NCBI GenBank assembly: GCA_965223795.1
Contig: CBDCXL010000001.1
Location: forward strand, 288,001-352,000
Reading direction: 5' to 3'
Length of the DNA: 64,000 nucleotides
From: Nitrospinales bacterium
Lineage (GTDB): Bacteria; Nitrospinota; Nitrospinia; Nitrospinales; VA-1
Shown here: positions 28,971 to 38,509 of the stretch, piece by piece
How positions within the stretch are numbered: position 1 is the stretch's first letter
Layout of the letters: each line of letters opens with the position of its first letter
The notes under the pieces: model-generated
Database searches by the model: none
The model's input: only the letters and a program-made list of their open reading frames with translations
What the model was told of the DNA's origin: nothing
Program-made: the position numbers and the translations under genes

Positions 28971-30695
28971 ATGAAAAAACGGCGGCAACACGTTTCGTCT
29001 GCGAGGTCCCTGCACCTTTCACACAATGAGGGACTGAACCACCTGCTCGGCGGTGTGGTCCGGGACGTCAAGGATTACGCCGACCGCCTCCACTCCCAGA
29101 TCCGCAAACTTTCCGACATCGGCCGCGCCCTTTCCGGGGTGTACGACCTCAACGTGCTGCTGGAGATGATCGTCGATCAGGCTCGCAGCTTCACCAACGC
29201 GGACGCGGGAACGCTGTACATCAAGGACGGCGACCAGCTGCGCTTCATGATTTTCCAGAACGACAGCCTCAACATCCGCATGGGCGGCAAGACGGGCGAC
29301 GAGATCCCGTTCAACCCGGTGGAGCTGAAAGAGACGAATGTTTCGGCTTTTGTGGCTCTGAACGGCATATCCGTCAACATCCCCGACGTGTACGACACGG
29401 CGCTGTTCGACTTCACCGGCCCCAAGGAGTTCGACCGCTCCACCGGCTACCGCACCAAGTCCATGCTGGTGGTGCTGATGCGCAATCACGAGAACGACGT
29501 GCTCGGCGTGCTGCAGCTGCTCAACGCCAAGGACCCGGAAACGGGCGAGGTGATCGCCTTTTCGCCGGAATGCGAAAATCTCACCGAATGCCTGGCTTCG
29601 CAGGCCGCCATCGCCATTTCGAACGTGCAGCTGGTGAACGACATGGAAAACCTGTTCGAGGCGTTTCTCAAGGTCATGGCGACGGCCATCGATGAGAAAT
29701 CGCCGGTCACGGGCGGCCACATCCGGCGGGTGGCGAACCTGACGCTGACCATGGCGGAAGTGATCGACGCGCAGCGGGATGGGGTCTTCAAGGACCGGGA
29801 ATTCGACGCGGACGCGATGCACGAGCTGAGGATCGCCGCCTGGATGCACGACATCGGCAAGGTGACCACGCCGATGGAGATCATGGAAAAATCGCGCAAG
29901 CTGCAGACGATCTTCGACCGCATCGAGCAGGTGGATCTCAGGATGGCCTACATTCAGGAGCGGATCAAAAACGACGGCCTGAAAAAGCGCATCCGGGCCA
30001 TGCAGGCCGTCTCGGCGGAGCAGGAGCTGAAACGCATCGAGGCGGAAACCGCCCGGCTGGTCGAGGAGGTCGCGGACATCCGCGCGTTCATCCTGCGCTG
30101 CAACGAGCCGGGAGAAACGCTGGAAGACAGCAGCATCGAACGGCTCAAGGCCATCGCGCAAAAAACCTACACCGACGCGAGCGGCAATGAAAAACCCTAT
30201 CTGGAAGCGGAGGAGCTGGAATACCTGTCGATCCGCAGGGGCACGATCAGCGAGGCGGAACGGGATAAGATGAAGGAGCACGCTTACGTCACCGTCAAAA
30301 TGCTGAATCAGATCCCGTTCACGAAAAAGCTCAAGAACATCCCCCATTTCGCGGGCGCGCACCATGAGTGCATCAACGGCACGGGTTATCCTCTGGGGCT
30401 GAAAGGCGATGAAATTCCCTTCGAGGGCAAGCTGATGGCGGTGGTGGACATCGCGGAAGCGCTGACGGCGGCGGACCGGCCTTACAAAAAACCGATGTCG
30501 CTCAACCAGGTGCATGCGATTCTGCGGACGCGTGCGGAACGCGGCGAGCTGGACCGCGATCTGGTGGAGCTGTTCATTCAGGAAGCGGTGTACGAGAAGT
30601 ATCTGGAAAAGTACGAACCGCAGGCCAATCTCAAGAAGGCCGCATCGAAGAGCGTCGCGGCCCTCCCCCGACTTCCGGTGAAAACCCGGGTGTGA
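28971..30695 (+). CDS. GAF + HD-GYP cyclic-di-nucleotide phosphodiesterase
   Basis: GAF (DRSTGYRTKSML, GVLQLLN), MHDIGK, HHECINGTGYP. Confidence 0.92.
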   Translation: MKKRRQHVSSARSLHLSHNEGLNHLLGGVVRDVKDYADRLHSQIRKLSDIGRALSGVYDLNVLLEMIVDQARSFTNADAGTLYIKDGDQLRFMIFQNDSLNIRMGGKTGDEIPFNPVELKETNVSAFVALNGISVNIPDVYDTALFDFTGPKEFDRSTGYRTKSMLVVLMRNHENDVLGVLQLLNAKDPETGEVIAFSPECENLTECLASQAAIAISNVQLVNDMENLFEAFLKVMATAIDEKSPVTGGHIRRVANLTLTMAEVIDAQRDGVFKDREFDADAMHELRIAAWMHDIGKVTTPMEIMEKSRKLQTIFDRIEQVDLRMAYIQERIKNDGLKKRIRAMQAVSAEQELKRIEAETARLVEEVADIRAFILRCNEPGETLEDSSIERLKAIAQKTYTDASGNEKPYLEAEELEYLSIRRGTISEAERDKMKEHAYVTVKMLNQIPFTKKLKNIPHFAGAHHECINGTGYPLGLKGDEIPFEGKLMAVVDIAEALTAADRPYKKPMSLNQVHAILRTRAERGELDRDLVELFIQEAVYEKYLEKYEPQANLKKAASKSVAALPRLPVKTRV

Positions 30696-30719
30696 CCCTC
30701 CCCGTTTCCCGCGATCGTT

Positions 30720-30959
30720 TTACTTCTTCTTTGGCCGGTAGGGACCGGTGCGCATGTAGTTGTCGTTGAGCTTGACGTGTTCGTCCACCTGCACCTCGGC
30801 GGACAGGTTGGTTTCCCCGAATTCCTCGAATTCCTTGAAAGCCGCGTCCTGAGACTTTTTGTTCAGCAGCGAAGTCCGCTTTTTGCGGGCGCGGACGGTT
30901 TTGGACTTGGTGGCTTCCCGGTATTTCAGTTTGTCGCGGTGAGAAATGTTCAGAATCAT
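30720..30959 (-). CDS. small basic hypothetical protein
   Basis: 79-aa ORF with AGAGGA RBS, host-like codon usage. Confidence 0.55.
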   Translation of the reverse strand: MILNISHRDKLKYREATKSKTVRARKKRTSLLNKKSQDAAFKEFEEFGETNLSAEVQVDEHVKLNDNYMRTGPYRPKKK

Positions 30960-31053
30960 GGGGTTCCTCTAGAGAATATAAAAAGAATCAAACCGCAATC
31001 ACTTATTTTATTATAAAATAGATCATTTCGCCTCATTTAGGTAAAAAAACAGC

Positions 31054-32406
31054 ATGCCGGTCGAAAAAATCAAGGAAATCTTCGAAGATGCGGATCTGGC
31101 CCCGGAAGCGGTGCGCCTGGGGATCGACGAACTGGATCATTTCGAAATCGCCCGCCGGCTGCACGAGTTTCCGCTCGAGGAAAAAATACGGATTTTCCAG
31201 CTGCTGGAGGAAGAAAAACAGGCCGAACTGCTGTACGAGACCGACCACGACAGCCGCCTGGAGATCCTGGATTCGCTCGACCCGCAAAACATCGCCCACC
31301 TGATGGAGGAGATGCCCGAGGATGAAGCCACCGACATCCTCATGGAGCACCCTGAGGAAGCCCGCGAGGAAATCCTGGAAAAGATGGCCCCGGCCGATGC
31401 CAGCGTCATCAAGGATCTGATCACTTACGGCGAGGAAACCGCCGGCGGCCTGATGGAACCGAACTACAACCGGGTGCGGCCCCACCAGACGGCGGCGGAC
31501 ATTCTGGTTCAGCTCAAGCGCGACCGCAACCCCGAGGCGGCGCCGTATTTTTATGTGGTCGGCGACCGCAACGAGCTGTTGGGGTATTTCAAGCTGCGCG
31601 ATCTGCTGAACGTGTCGGCGATCGCCACCGCGACCGAGTTCATGCGGGAAGAAACGCCCAAGGTGCATTTGAACGATCCCTGTGAGAAGGTCGCCAACCT
31701 GATGGACCACGAGCACGTCAGCACGATTCCCGTGGTCAATGAAAACGACCAGATCCAGGGCGTGGTGACGTTCGACGACGTCATCAAGGCCATGCAGGAC
31801 ATCGCCAACGACGATTTCTACGCGATGGCGGGCAGCGACCGCGGCGACCCGTTCGCCAAGAAGACGGTGCGCAAGATCTGGGCGCGCGCGCCCTGGCTGT
31901 TCACCACGTTTCTCGGCGGTCTGGTCAGCGCGTTCATCATCGCCTCCTACAAGGACAGCCTGGCTGAATTCGCGACGGTGGTGCTGTTCATTCCGTTTGT
32001 GATCGGACTGGCGGGCAACGTGGCCATTCAGGGCGCCACGGTCATCGTGCGCGGCATGGCGACGGGCGACATTCAGGCGGACAACCTCGGCCGCGTGGTG
32101 AAGAGCGAACTGTGCGTCGGGATCGCCAACGGTTTCATCTTCGGCCTGCTGTGCGGGCTGCTGATCACCGCGCTGGCGTACTGGGTGCTGCCGGTCAAGC
32201 CGGTCCTGGGTCTGACCGTGGGCATCGGCATCGTGATGGCGGTGGGGCTTTCCACCATTCTGGGATCGCTGACGCCCATTGGCTTCATCAAGGCGGGGAT
32301 CGACCCGGCGATCAGCACCGGGCCGTTCGTCATCGTGCTCAACGATATTTTAGGGTTGGCTGTTTATCTCGCCAGCACCGCGCTGATTTTTTCCGAGCTC
32401 TATTGA
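31054..32406 (+). CDS. mgtE: magnesium transporter MgtE
   Basis: acidic N-domain, ETAGGLM, CBS pair, RAPWL, AGNVAIQ, DPAISTGP...NDI. Confidence 0.95.
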   Translation: MPVEKIKEIFEDADLAPEAVRLGIDELDHFEIARRLHEFPLEEKIRIFQLLEEEKQAELLYETDHDSRLEILDSLDPQNIAHLMEEMPEDEATDILMEHPEEAREEILEKMAPADASVIKDLITYGEETAGGLMEPNYNRVRPHQTAADILVQLKRDRNPEAAPYFYVVGDRNELLGYFKLRDLLNVSAIATATEFMREETPKVHLNDPCEKVANLMDHEHVSTIPVVNENDQIQGVVTFDDVIKAMQDIANDDFYAMAGSDRGDPFAKKTVRKIWARAPWLFTTFLGGLVSAFIIASYKDSLAEFATVVLFIPFVIGLAGNVAIQGATVIVRGMATGDIQADNLGRVVKSELCVGIANGFIFGLLCGLLITALAYWVLPVKPVLGLTVGIGIVMAVGLSTILGSLTPIGFIKAGIDPAISTGPFVIVLNDILGLAVYLASTALIFSELY

Positions 32407-32429
32407 CTCTCACGGGGCGGGCGGCCTCC

Positions 32430-32681
32430 TCACTCTTCTTCCGGCTCCGCCAGCTCGATCTCGATCAGCGGAGTTTCGATTTCCACGTATTCACCCTCGG
32501 ACACGTAGAATTCGTTGACGCGTCCGTCCACTTCGGAAAGCAGGGTGAAGTAGCCTTCCGAAACGATCTCGGCCACGGCGGTGCCCTTGGTCACCTTGTC
32601 TCCCTTTCCCACCAGAAATTTGTCGACCTTCCCTGAAGTCATCGTGGGGTACATGGGCGCCATCACGATGTAATCCTGCAT
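32430..32681 (-). CDS. stand-alone biotin/lipoyl-attachment-fold protein
   Basis: PTMTSGKV.KFLV.KGDKV.KG...AEI; DG.V...V.EG..V....L..I; GGAGGA RBS. Confidence 0.75.
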   Translation of the reverse strand: MQDYIVMAPMYPTMTSGKVDKFLVGKGDKVTKGTAVAEIVSEGYFTLLSEVDGRVNEFYVSEGEYVEIETPLIEIELAEPEEE

Positions 32682-32806
32682 ATCCTTCCTCCAAAAAATC
32701 CGTACAGCCGCGAGGCCGTATCGGTTTCAGTTGAAACGGGTTATAATGGAACTCCTGAACATGAATTCAATCCACCGGAGACGGGCGCGCCCGCAAGCGA
32801 GCGATC

Positions 32807-33019
32807 ATGAAACTCAAGGTCGGAGATGTGCTGTTTGAACCGATGTCCCAGAATACCGGCGAGATCACCGGGATCACGCAGCATCCGGACGGCAAGCTGG
32901 TGACCATCCGCTGGCGCGTGCAGGACCACCTCCCCCACGACACGGAACATTTTCACAAAAAGATCGTCCGCTGCATCGAAAAAGGCGAATACGAATACAC
33001 TCCCAAACTCGACTCCTGA
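32807..33019 (+). CDS. small hypothetical protein (beta-rich)
   Basis: 70-aa ORF LKVGDVL...TGEI...VTIRW. Confidence 0.6.
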   Translation: MKLKVGDVLFEPMSQNTGEITGITQHPDGKLVTIRWRVQDHLPHDTEHFHKKIVRCIEKGEYEYTPKLDS

Positions 33020-33041
33020 AGCCACCCGCGCCGATTTGACG

Positions 33042-33326
33042 TCACTGCTTGTAAACGGTGTGCGTCGGCCGCCCCGCGAGGATGTTCTGCGCCCCCCAAT
33101 CGGTCACGTTGCGGAACTTGTCCGAGCGGATGAAGCCGTTGAACGCCTCCTCGGAACTCCAGTCCGAAACGATCAGGTAGGACTGCGGATCGTTGACGTC
33201 TTTGTATAAAAACGACTGGGTGTGCCCTTCCATGTCCTTCATGACTTCGAGCACCTTGTCGAAGGCGTCTTCGAAAATTTTTTCCTTGCCGGGGATCATT
33301 TTGTAGTTCATGCCGATGGTTACCAT
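33042..33326 (-). CDS. antibiotic biosynthesis monooxygenase (ABM) family protein
   Basis: PGKEKIFE, YLIVSDWSSEEAF; AGGAG RBS. Confidence 0.85.
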   Translation of the reverse strand: MVTIGMNYKMIPGKEKIFEDAFDKVLEVMKDMEGHTQSFLYKDVNDPQSYLIVSDWSSEEAFNGFIRSDKFRNVTDWGAQNILAGRPTHTVYKQ

Positions 33327-33377
33327 GGTTTCTCCTGCGCCTTCCTGTCTGTGCCGCCGCGGTGTTCGCCGCCGCGG

Positions 33378-34169
33378 TCAGGTTAATATAAAATCGTAAC
33401 GGCCCGAAAGGGTTCCGTCCTGTTCCTGCCTGTATTCCACGATCAGGCTTTCCTGTTCCTCGCGCGTCAAGCGCCGGTCCCGCAAAATGAAATCCCGGCT
33501 GTTGAGCTTCTGCACCAGTTCATTGTGCTTCACGGCCTCGCCTTTGAAATAAAGCTGCGTCACCTTTTGCGGCCTGCCCGGCGCGCTGACGAGAAAGTGC
33601 AGGTGCGGCGGGCGGAAGACGCGGCCTCTCGGATCGATGGGATAATATCCGGGCACGATGGTGCGGAATTCGTAGTTGCCCTCGGCGTCGGTGAGGCAGC
33701 GGCCCCAGTACTGAAAATGGGGATCGTGCTGCCGCTCCACCCACTCCCCGGTTTCCGGGTGCTTGAAGCGGGTGTTGTCCTCGTCGCCGCGGTGGTTGTA
33801 GCGGCCGGTGGCCGAGGCGTTCCACAGAATGACGACGGCGCCTTTCTGCGGCACGCAGTCCCCGTCTTTTTCAGACAGCACCCGCCCCCTGAGGGTGACC
33901 GCCTGCCCCTCTGCCCTGCCCTTTTTGCCTTTGACGAAGGTCAAATCGTTGTCGTTGGCCTGATGGATGGGCAGGCTGAAGTCCTGGGACTCGCGGATTT
34001 CGTGGACGGGGTCGCCGTCGTCCGGGAAAAACGGCCCCAGCGACTGCGGCGGCGTGGGTAGACGGCAGAGCTTTCCCCACGCCGAGGAAGCGGCCAGCGT
34101 GCCCAGAAACGCGCCCGCGGCGGTGAGGCTTTTTTTCATGAAATGGCGTCTGGAAGCAAAACGGGACAT
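33378..34169 (-). CDS. Tat-exported intradiol ring-cleavage dioxygenase-like protein
   Basis: SRRHFMK Tat motif; GPFF, WNASATGRYNH, RTIVPGYYP, RPPHLHF. Confidence 0.88.
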   Translation of the reverse strand: MSRFASRRHFMKKSLTAAGAFLGTLAASSAWGKLCRLPTPPQSLGPFFPDDGDPVHEIRESQDFSLPIHQANDNDLTFVKGKKGRAEGQAVTLRGRVLSEKDGDCVPQKGAVVILWNASATGRYNHRGDEDNTRFKHPETGEWVERQHDPHFQYWGRCLTDAEGNYEFRTIVPGYYPIDPRGRVFRPPHLHFLVSAPGRPQKVTQLYFKGEAVKHNELVQKLNSRDFILRDRRLTREEQESLIVEYRQEQDGTLSGRYDFILT

Positions 34170-34308
34170 GGCTCGATCCTTTTGCGAGTGTTGGAAGTCA
34201 TCCGTTTTCAGCGAATTTGCGATTCATTTTATCGCATCCTTCCAATTGCAGACAGTTCGTTTTTGCGCCCCGGCGTCATTTCATCCGCTGCGAAGACGCG
34301 GCGGCGTC

Positions 34309-34683
34309 TCAGTATTCCTCCAGGGAGAACACCTCTTCCTCCCAGGCCATGCGGTAAAAATCCGGGTCGCGGATGATGCGGTTTCTCACCACCAGGGACG
34401 CCCGGGTCTTCATGCTCAATGGCAGGGTGCCGGACAGGGCGAACACCAGCACGCCCAGCCAGGAGGTGTCGAACCGGTCCAGGGGAAACTCTAGGTTGCC
34501 GAGAAAACAGATCAGGATGCCGATCAGCATGCCGGAAACCGCGAGGCAGGCCAGCACGATCTGGATGCGCCGGGGGCCGTCTCCCGCCTGGCCCTTTCTC
34601 ACCAGATGGAAGGCCTTTTTCTCGTCGATGTGGATCTTGACGTTACCCGTCGCCCAGAGTTTTTCAAATTGTCTGCGGTCCAT
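34309..34683 (-). CDS. two-TM hypothetical protein
   Basis: two hydrophobic helices. Confidence 0.6.
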   Translation of the reverse strand: MDRRQFEKLWATGNVKIHIDEKKAFHLVRKGQAGDGPRRIQIVLACLAVSGMLIGILICFLGNLEFPLDRFDTSWLGVLVFALSGTLPLSMKTRASLVVRNRIIRDPDFYRMAWEEEVFSLEEY

Positions 34684-34877
34684 CGTGACTCTGCGGAATA
34701 TTTCAGGATGTCCAGCGTGCGCCGAAAACACAAATGGCCCCAACGGGCGCTGGAGCCGGGTTGAAATTATGGATCAATTTGCGCGCACGATCAACGGCGA
34801 TTTCAGGGAAACGGAACGGAGGCGTCCGGGTTCGGCTGCGCGATAGACCTCAGGCCGCCCGGCCGGATGAGCGGGGG

Positions 34878-35120
34878 TCAGTTCAGGACGATCTGGTCCG
34901 GTTCCAGATTGCGCTCGGCGACGTAAGTCATGCGCGTGCCGTTGTGGACGCGGATGTGGTACCAGGGCTGGTCTTTGGGAGGGCGGCTGCGGGCCATGTT
35001 CTCATACCATTCGTCGGACTGCTTGAACTCGAGGTCCACGCCCACGATGACGCCTCGATAGTCGAACAGTTTGTGATGGATGAGTTGCCCGATGCAGAAT
35101 TTTGCTTTGATGGCGCTCAT
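34878..35120 (-). CDS. hspQ: heat shock protein HspQ (YccV-like)
   Basis: AKFCIGQLIHHKLFDYRGVIVGVD, DQPWYH, TYVAERNL; short C-terminus. Confidence 0.88.
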   Translation of the reverse strand: MSAIKAKFCIGQLIHHKLFDYRGVIVGVDLEFKQSDEWYENMARSRPPKDQPWYHIRVHNGTRMTYVAERNLEPDQIVLN

Positions 35121-35452
35121 GAATTTCCTCCGGCGGTGAATTCGATGCAACAGATTGTTCTATTGGGCGCTTCTCAAAATGCCTTCGGCCGGTTTTCGCG
35201 GAGCGAAGGCGGCGCGCGTCTTCGGACGCACGGTTCACTTTACGGTGTTCTTCCTATTTCAGGTTTGCGAGGAGTTCCGGGGAGGGGGTGTGCTTCTGGA
35301 AATCCTCGTCGATCTCCCTATTCTCGGGATGAAACCGTCGAACCCCCATTAATGTAGCAAATATTAATAATTTGCAAAGAATTTTTTGTGAGAGCGCCGT
35401 CCCGTACGGGAATGCGGCCGCCCTGGAGCGAGCCGGCCTGGCGGCAGGGTAT

Positions 35453-35468
35453 ATAAACGATCGTTTAT
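35453..35468. promoter_or_regulatory. perfect 16-bp palindrome, putative operator
   Basis: ATAAACGATCGTTTAT in the rnc-hspQ intergenic region. Confidence 0.45.
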
Positions 35469-35510
35469 TTATGGCCTGGGGGCCGCGGCAGTGCGTTGCG
35501 CGCCCTTGTA

Positions 35511-36224
35511 TCAGGTGTCGCTGGCGACGAACTGGGAGAGTGCCATTTTGGCGGCGGCCTGTTCCGCCTCTTTTTTGCTGCGCCCCTTGCCTTTGCCTTT
35601 GACTTCTTCCTTGACCAGCACGATGACCTCGAACTGTTTCTGGTGGTCCGGTCCGGTTTCGCGGGTGACCTTGTAGGTGGGGATGCAGATGAGCTTGTTC
35701 TGCGTGTATTCCTGCAGGTCGCTTTTGTAGTCGCGGAACGTGCGCGTGTCGACGAAGCGGGTGATCTCGCGCGACAGCACCGGCAGCAGCACCTTTGCCG
35801 TTTCGCGGATGTCGCTGTCCCAGTAGACGGCCCCGGCGACGGCCTCGAAGGCGTTTGCCAGCAGCGAGGTCTTGTCGCGCCCGCCGGACAGTTCTTCGCC
35901 GCGGCCGAGCAGCAGGTATTCGCCGAGCTTCCATTCGCGGGCGAGGCCGGCGAGGCAGGACTCGTTGACCACGGCGGCGCGGATTTTGGAAAGCGCGCCT
36001 TCCTTGAAATCGGCGTATTTTTTGATCATGTAGTCGCTGACCACCAGGTCGAGCACGGAGTCGCCGAGAAATTCCAGCCGCTCGTTGTGCTTCAGGTCCT
36101 CGTCGCTCTCGTTGACGTAGGACTTGTGGGTCAGCGCCTTGTTGAGCAGCAGGACGTCCTTGAACTGGTAATTCAGCGTTTTCTGGAAAGACAACAGGTC
36201 CTGTGTGCGCTCTTCGGACAGCAT
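35511..36224 (-). CDS. rnc: ribonuclease III
   Basis: HNERLEFLGDSVL, C-terminal dsRBD. Confidence 0.97.
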   Translation of the reverse strand: MLSEERTQDLLSFQKTLNYQFKDVLLLNKALTHKSYVNESDEDLKHNERLEFLGDSVLDLVVSDYMIKKYADFKEGALSKIRAAVVNESCLAGLAREWKLGEYLLLGRGEELSGGRDKTSLLANAFEAVAGAVYWDSDIRETAKVLLPVLSREITRFVDTRTFRDYKSDLQEYTQNKLICIPTYKVTRETGPDHQKQFEVIVLVKEEVKGKGKGRSKKEAEQAAAKMALSQFVASDT

Positions 36225-36231
36225 AACGCCT

Positions 36232-37470
36232 CTAGCTGGAACATTGCCTGAAGATGATGACGGCGTTCGTGCCGCCAAACCCGAACGAGTTGGAGAGCGC
36301 CGCTTTGATCTTCTTTTCGCGCGGCTGGTTGGGCACGTAGTCCAGATCGCATTCGGGATCGGGGGTGGTGTAGTTGATGGTCGGCGGCAGGGCGCCGCGG
36401 GACAGGGCCAGCAGGGAATAGACGGACTCGACGCCGCCCGCGCCGCCGAGCAGGTGGCCGGTCATCGATTTGGTGGAGCTGACCGCGAGGGTTCTGGCGT
36501 GGCTGCCGAACACGGTCTTGATGGCCTGGGTTTCGGTGGCGTCGGCGCCGGTGGAGGTGCCGTGGGCGTTGATGTAGTCGATGTCCTCGGGATTCATGCC
36601 GGCGCTTTCCAGTGCTTTTTTCATGCAGCGCGCGGCCCCCTCGCCTTCCGGCGCGGTCGAGGTGATGTGGTGGGCGTCGCTGTTCAGGCTGTAGCCCGCG
36701 ACTTCGCCATAGATGCGGGCGCCGCGTTTTTTCGCGGATTCCATCTCTTCCAGCACCACCACGCCGCAGCCCTCGCCGATGACGAATCCGTCGCGGTCCT
36801 TGTCGAACGGCCGGCTCGCGCCTTCGGGGTCGTCGTTGCGGGTGGACAGCGCCTTGGCGGAGCTGAAGCCGCCGACGCACAGCGGCGTGATGACGGATTC
36901 GGTGCCGCCGGCGATCATCGCGTCGGCCTCGCCGTACTGGATCAGGCGTGCGGCGTCGCCGAGGGCATGGGTCCCGGTGGCGCAGGCGGTGGTGACGCAG
37001 GTGTTGGGGCCTTTGGCGCCATACATGATGGACACCTGTCCCGACGCCAGGTTGGCGATCATCATCGGGATCAGAAAGGGGCTGATCTTGCGCGGACCGC
37101 GGTCCCGGTACAGATCGTAGTATTTTTCGATGGCGGGGAGGCCGCCGAGACCGGCGCCGATCAGGACTCCGGTGCGCTCGGCATTGGCGTCGTCGATGTG
37201 AAAGCCGGAGTCCTGCATGGCGAGCTGGCTGGAGACCACGGCGTAATGGATGAACGCATCCATCTTCTTGACGTCCTTGTGGTCGATGTATTTTTCCGGT
37301 TCAAACCCTTTCACCTCGCCAGCGATTTTAACCGCAAACGCCTGTGTGTCGAATTTGGTGATGGGGCCGACTCCGGATTTCCCGGCCATCAGTGCCGTCC
37401 AGTTTTCCTCCAAACCGAGCCCCAGGGGCGAGATGATCCCCATTCCCGTGACTGCAACGCGTCTCTTCAT
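36232..37470 (-). CDS. fabF: 3-oxoacyl-ACP synthase II
   Basis: [28 protein letters not shown]. Confidence 0.97.
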   Translation of the reverse strand: MKRRVAVTGMGIISPLGLGLEENWTALMAGKSGVGPITKFDTQAFAVKIAGEVKGFEPEKYIDHKDVKKMDAFIHYAVVSSQLAMQDSGFHIDDANAERTGVLIGAGLGGLPAIEKYYDLYRDRGPRKISPFLIPMMIANLASGQVSIMYGAKGPNTCVTTACATGTHALGDAARLIQYGEADAMIAGGTESVITPLCVGGFSSAKALSTRNDDPEGASRPFDKDRDGFVIGEGCGVVVLEEMESAKKRGARIYGEVAGYSLNSDAHHITSTAPEGEGAARCMKKALESAGMNPEDIDYINAHGTSTGADATETQAIKTVFGSHARTLAVSSTKSMTGHLLGGAGGVESVYSLLALSRGALPPTINYTTPDPECDLDYVPNQPREKKIKAALSNSFGFGGTNAVIIFRQCSS

Positions 37471-37492
37471 CGGACCGTTTCGGACTCAGGGG

Positions 37493-37726
37493 TCAGTTGG
37501 TGCGGCTTTTGATGTAATCGATCGCGTTCTGCACCGATGCGATCTTTTCCGCTTCTTCATCGGGTATTTCGATATCGAATTCCTCTTCCAGCGCCATCAC
37601 CAGCTCGACGGTGTCGAGGGAGTCGGCCCCCAGATCCTCGATGAAGGAAGCATCCGGAGCGACCTGCTTCTCATCCACACCCAGTTGATCGACAATGATC
37701 TCTTTCACTTTCTCTTCAACAGACAT
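37493..37726 (-). CDS. acpP: acyl carrier protein
   Basis: [14 protein letters not shown]. Confidence 0.98.
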   Translation of the reverse strand: MSVEEKVKEIIVDQLGVDEKQVAPDASFIEDLGADSLDTVELVMALEEEFDIEIPDEEAEKIASVQNAIDYIKSRTN

Positions 37727-37753
37727 AGTGTTCTCACTCCTAATAGAAGGAAA

Positions 37754-38494
37754 TTACATCAACATGCCGCCGTTAACATTAATCACCTGTCCGGTTATGT
37801 ACCCTGCGCTGTCCGAAACCAGAAAGGAGACACAACGCGCCACATCCTCCGGCTGCCCGAGCCGGGCCAGAGGAATCTGATCGATCAGTGTTTTTCTCAC
37901 CGTCTCGTCGAGCACCCGGGTCATTTCCGTGTCGATGAAACCCGGAGCCACCGCGTTGACGGTGATACCGCGCGACGCGACTTCCCGCGCGGTGGTTTTG
38001 GTCAGGCCGATGACGCCGGCCTTGGAGGCGGAGTAGTTCGCCTGCCCTGCATTTCCCATCACGCCCACGATGGAGGCGATGTTGACGATGGCGCCGCTTT
38101 TCTGCTTCATCATCTGCTTGACCGCCTGCTGCGTGCAGAGAAAGCTGCCCTTGAGATTGATGGAAAGAACCCGGTCCCAGTCGTCCTCCTTCATGCGCAT
38201 CATCAGGCCGTCCTTGGTGATCCCCGCGTTGTTCACGAGGATGTCCAGCGGCTTGTGCTCTTTGACGATGGCGTCGAACGCGCTTTTCACATCTTCGGCC
38301 GAGGACACGTCCAGCTTCACCGAAGACGCCGAACCGCCGCCGTCGCGGATGGCCGCGGCGGATTGCTCCGCGCCTTCCTGGTTGACGTCTCCCAGAACCA
38401 CGTGCGCGCCTTGGCGGGCGAGTTCTTCGCCGATGGTCTGGCCGATTCCGCGTGCGCCTCCGGTGACGAGGGCGACTTTGTCTTTTAACTGCAT
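37754..38494 (-). CDS. fabG: 3-oxoacyl-ACP reductase
   Basis: TGGARGIG, NNAGIT, YSASK. Confidence 0.97.
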   Translation of the reverse strand: MQLKDKVALVTGGARGIGQTIGEELARQGAHVVLGDVNQEGAEQSAAAIRDGGGSASSVKLDVSSAEDVKSAFDAIVKEHKPLDILVNNAGITKDGLMMRMKEDDWDRVLSINLKGSFLCTQQAVKQMMKQKSGAIVNIASIVGVMGNAGQANYSASKAGVIGLTKTTAREVASRGITVNAVAPGFIDTEMTRVLDETVRKTLIDQIPLARLGQPEDVARCVSFLVSDSAGYITGQVINVNGGMLM

Positions 38495-38509
38495 GCGGCG
38501 GCTTTCACA

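Noticed and set aside
35002..35349. minus-strand frame MGVRRFHPEN... interrupted by one TAG (readthrough or pseudogene)
   Set aside because: No recognisable homology, and the continuation overlaps hspQ out of frame.
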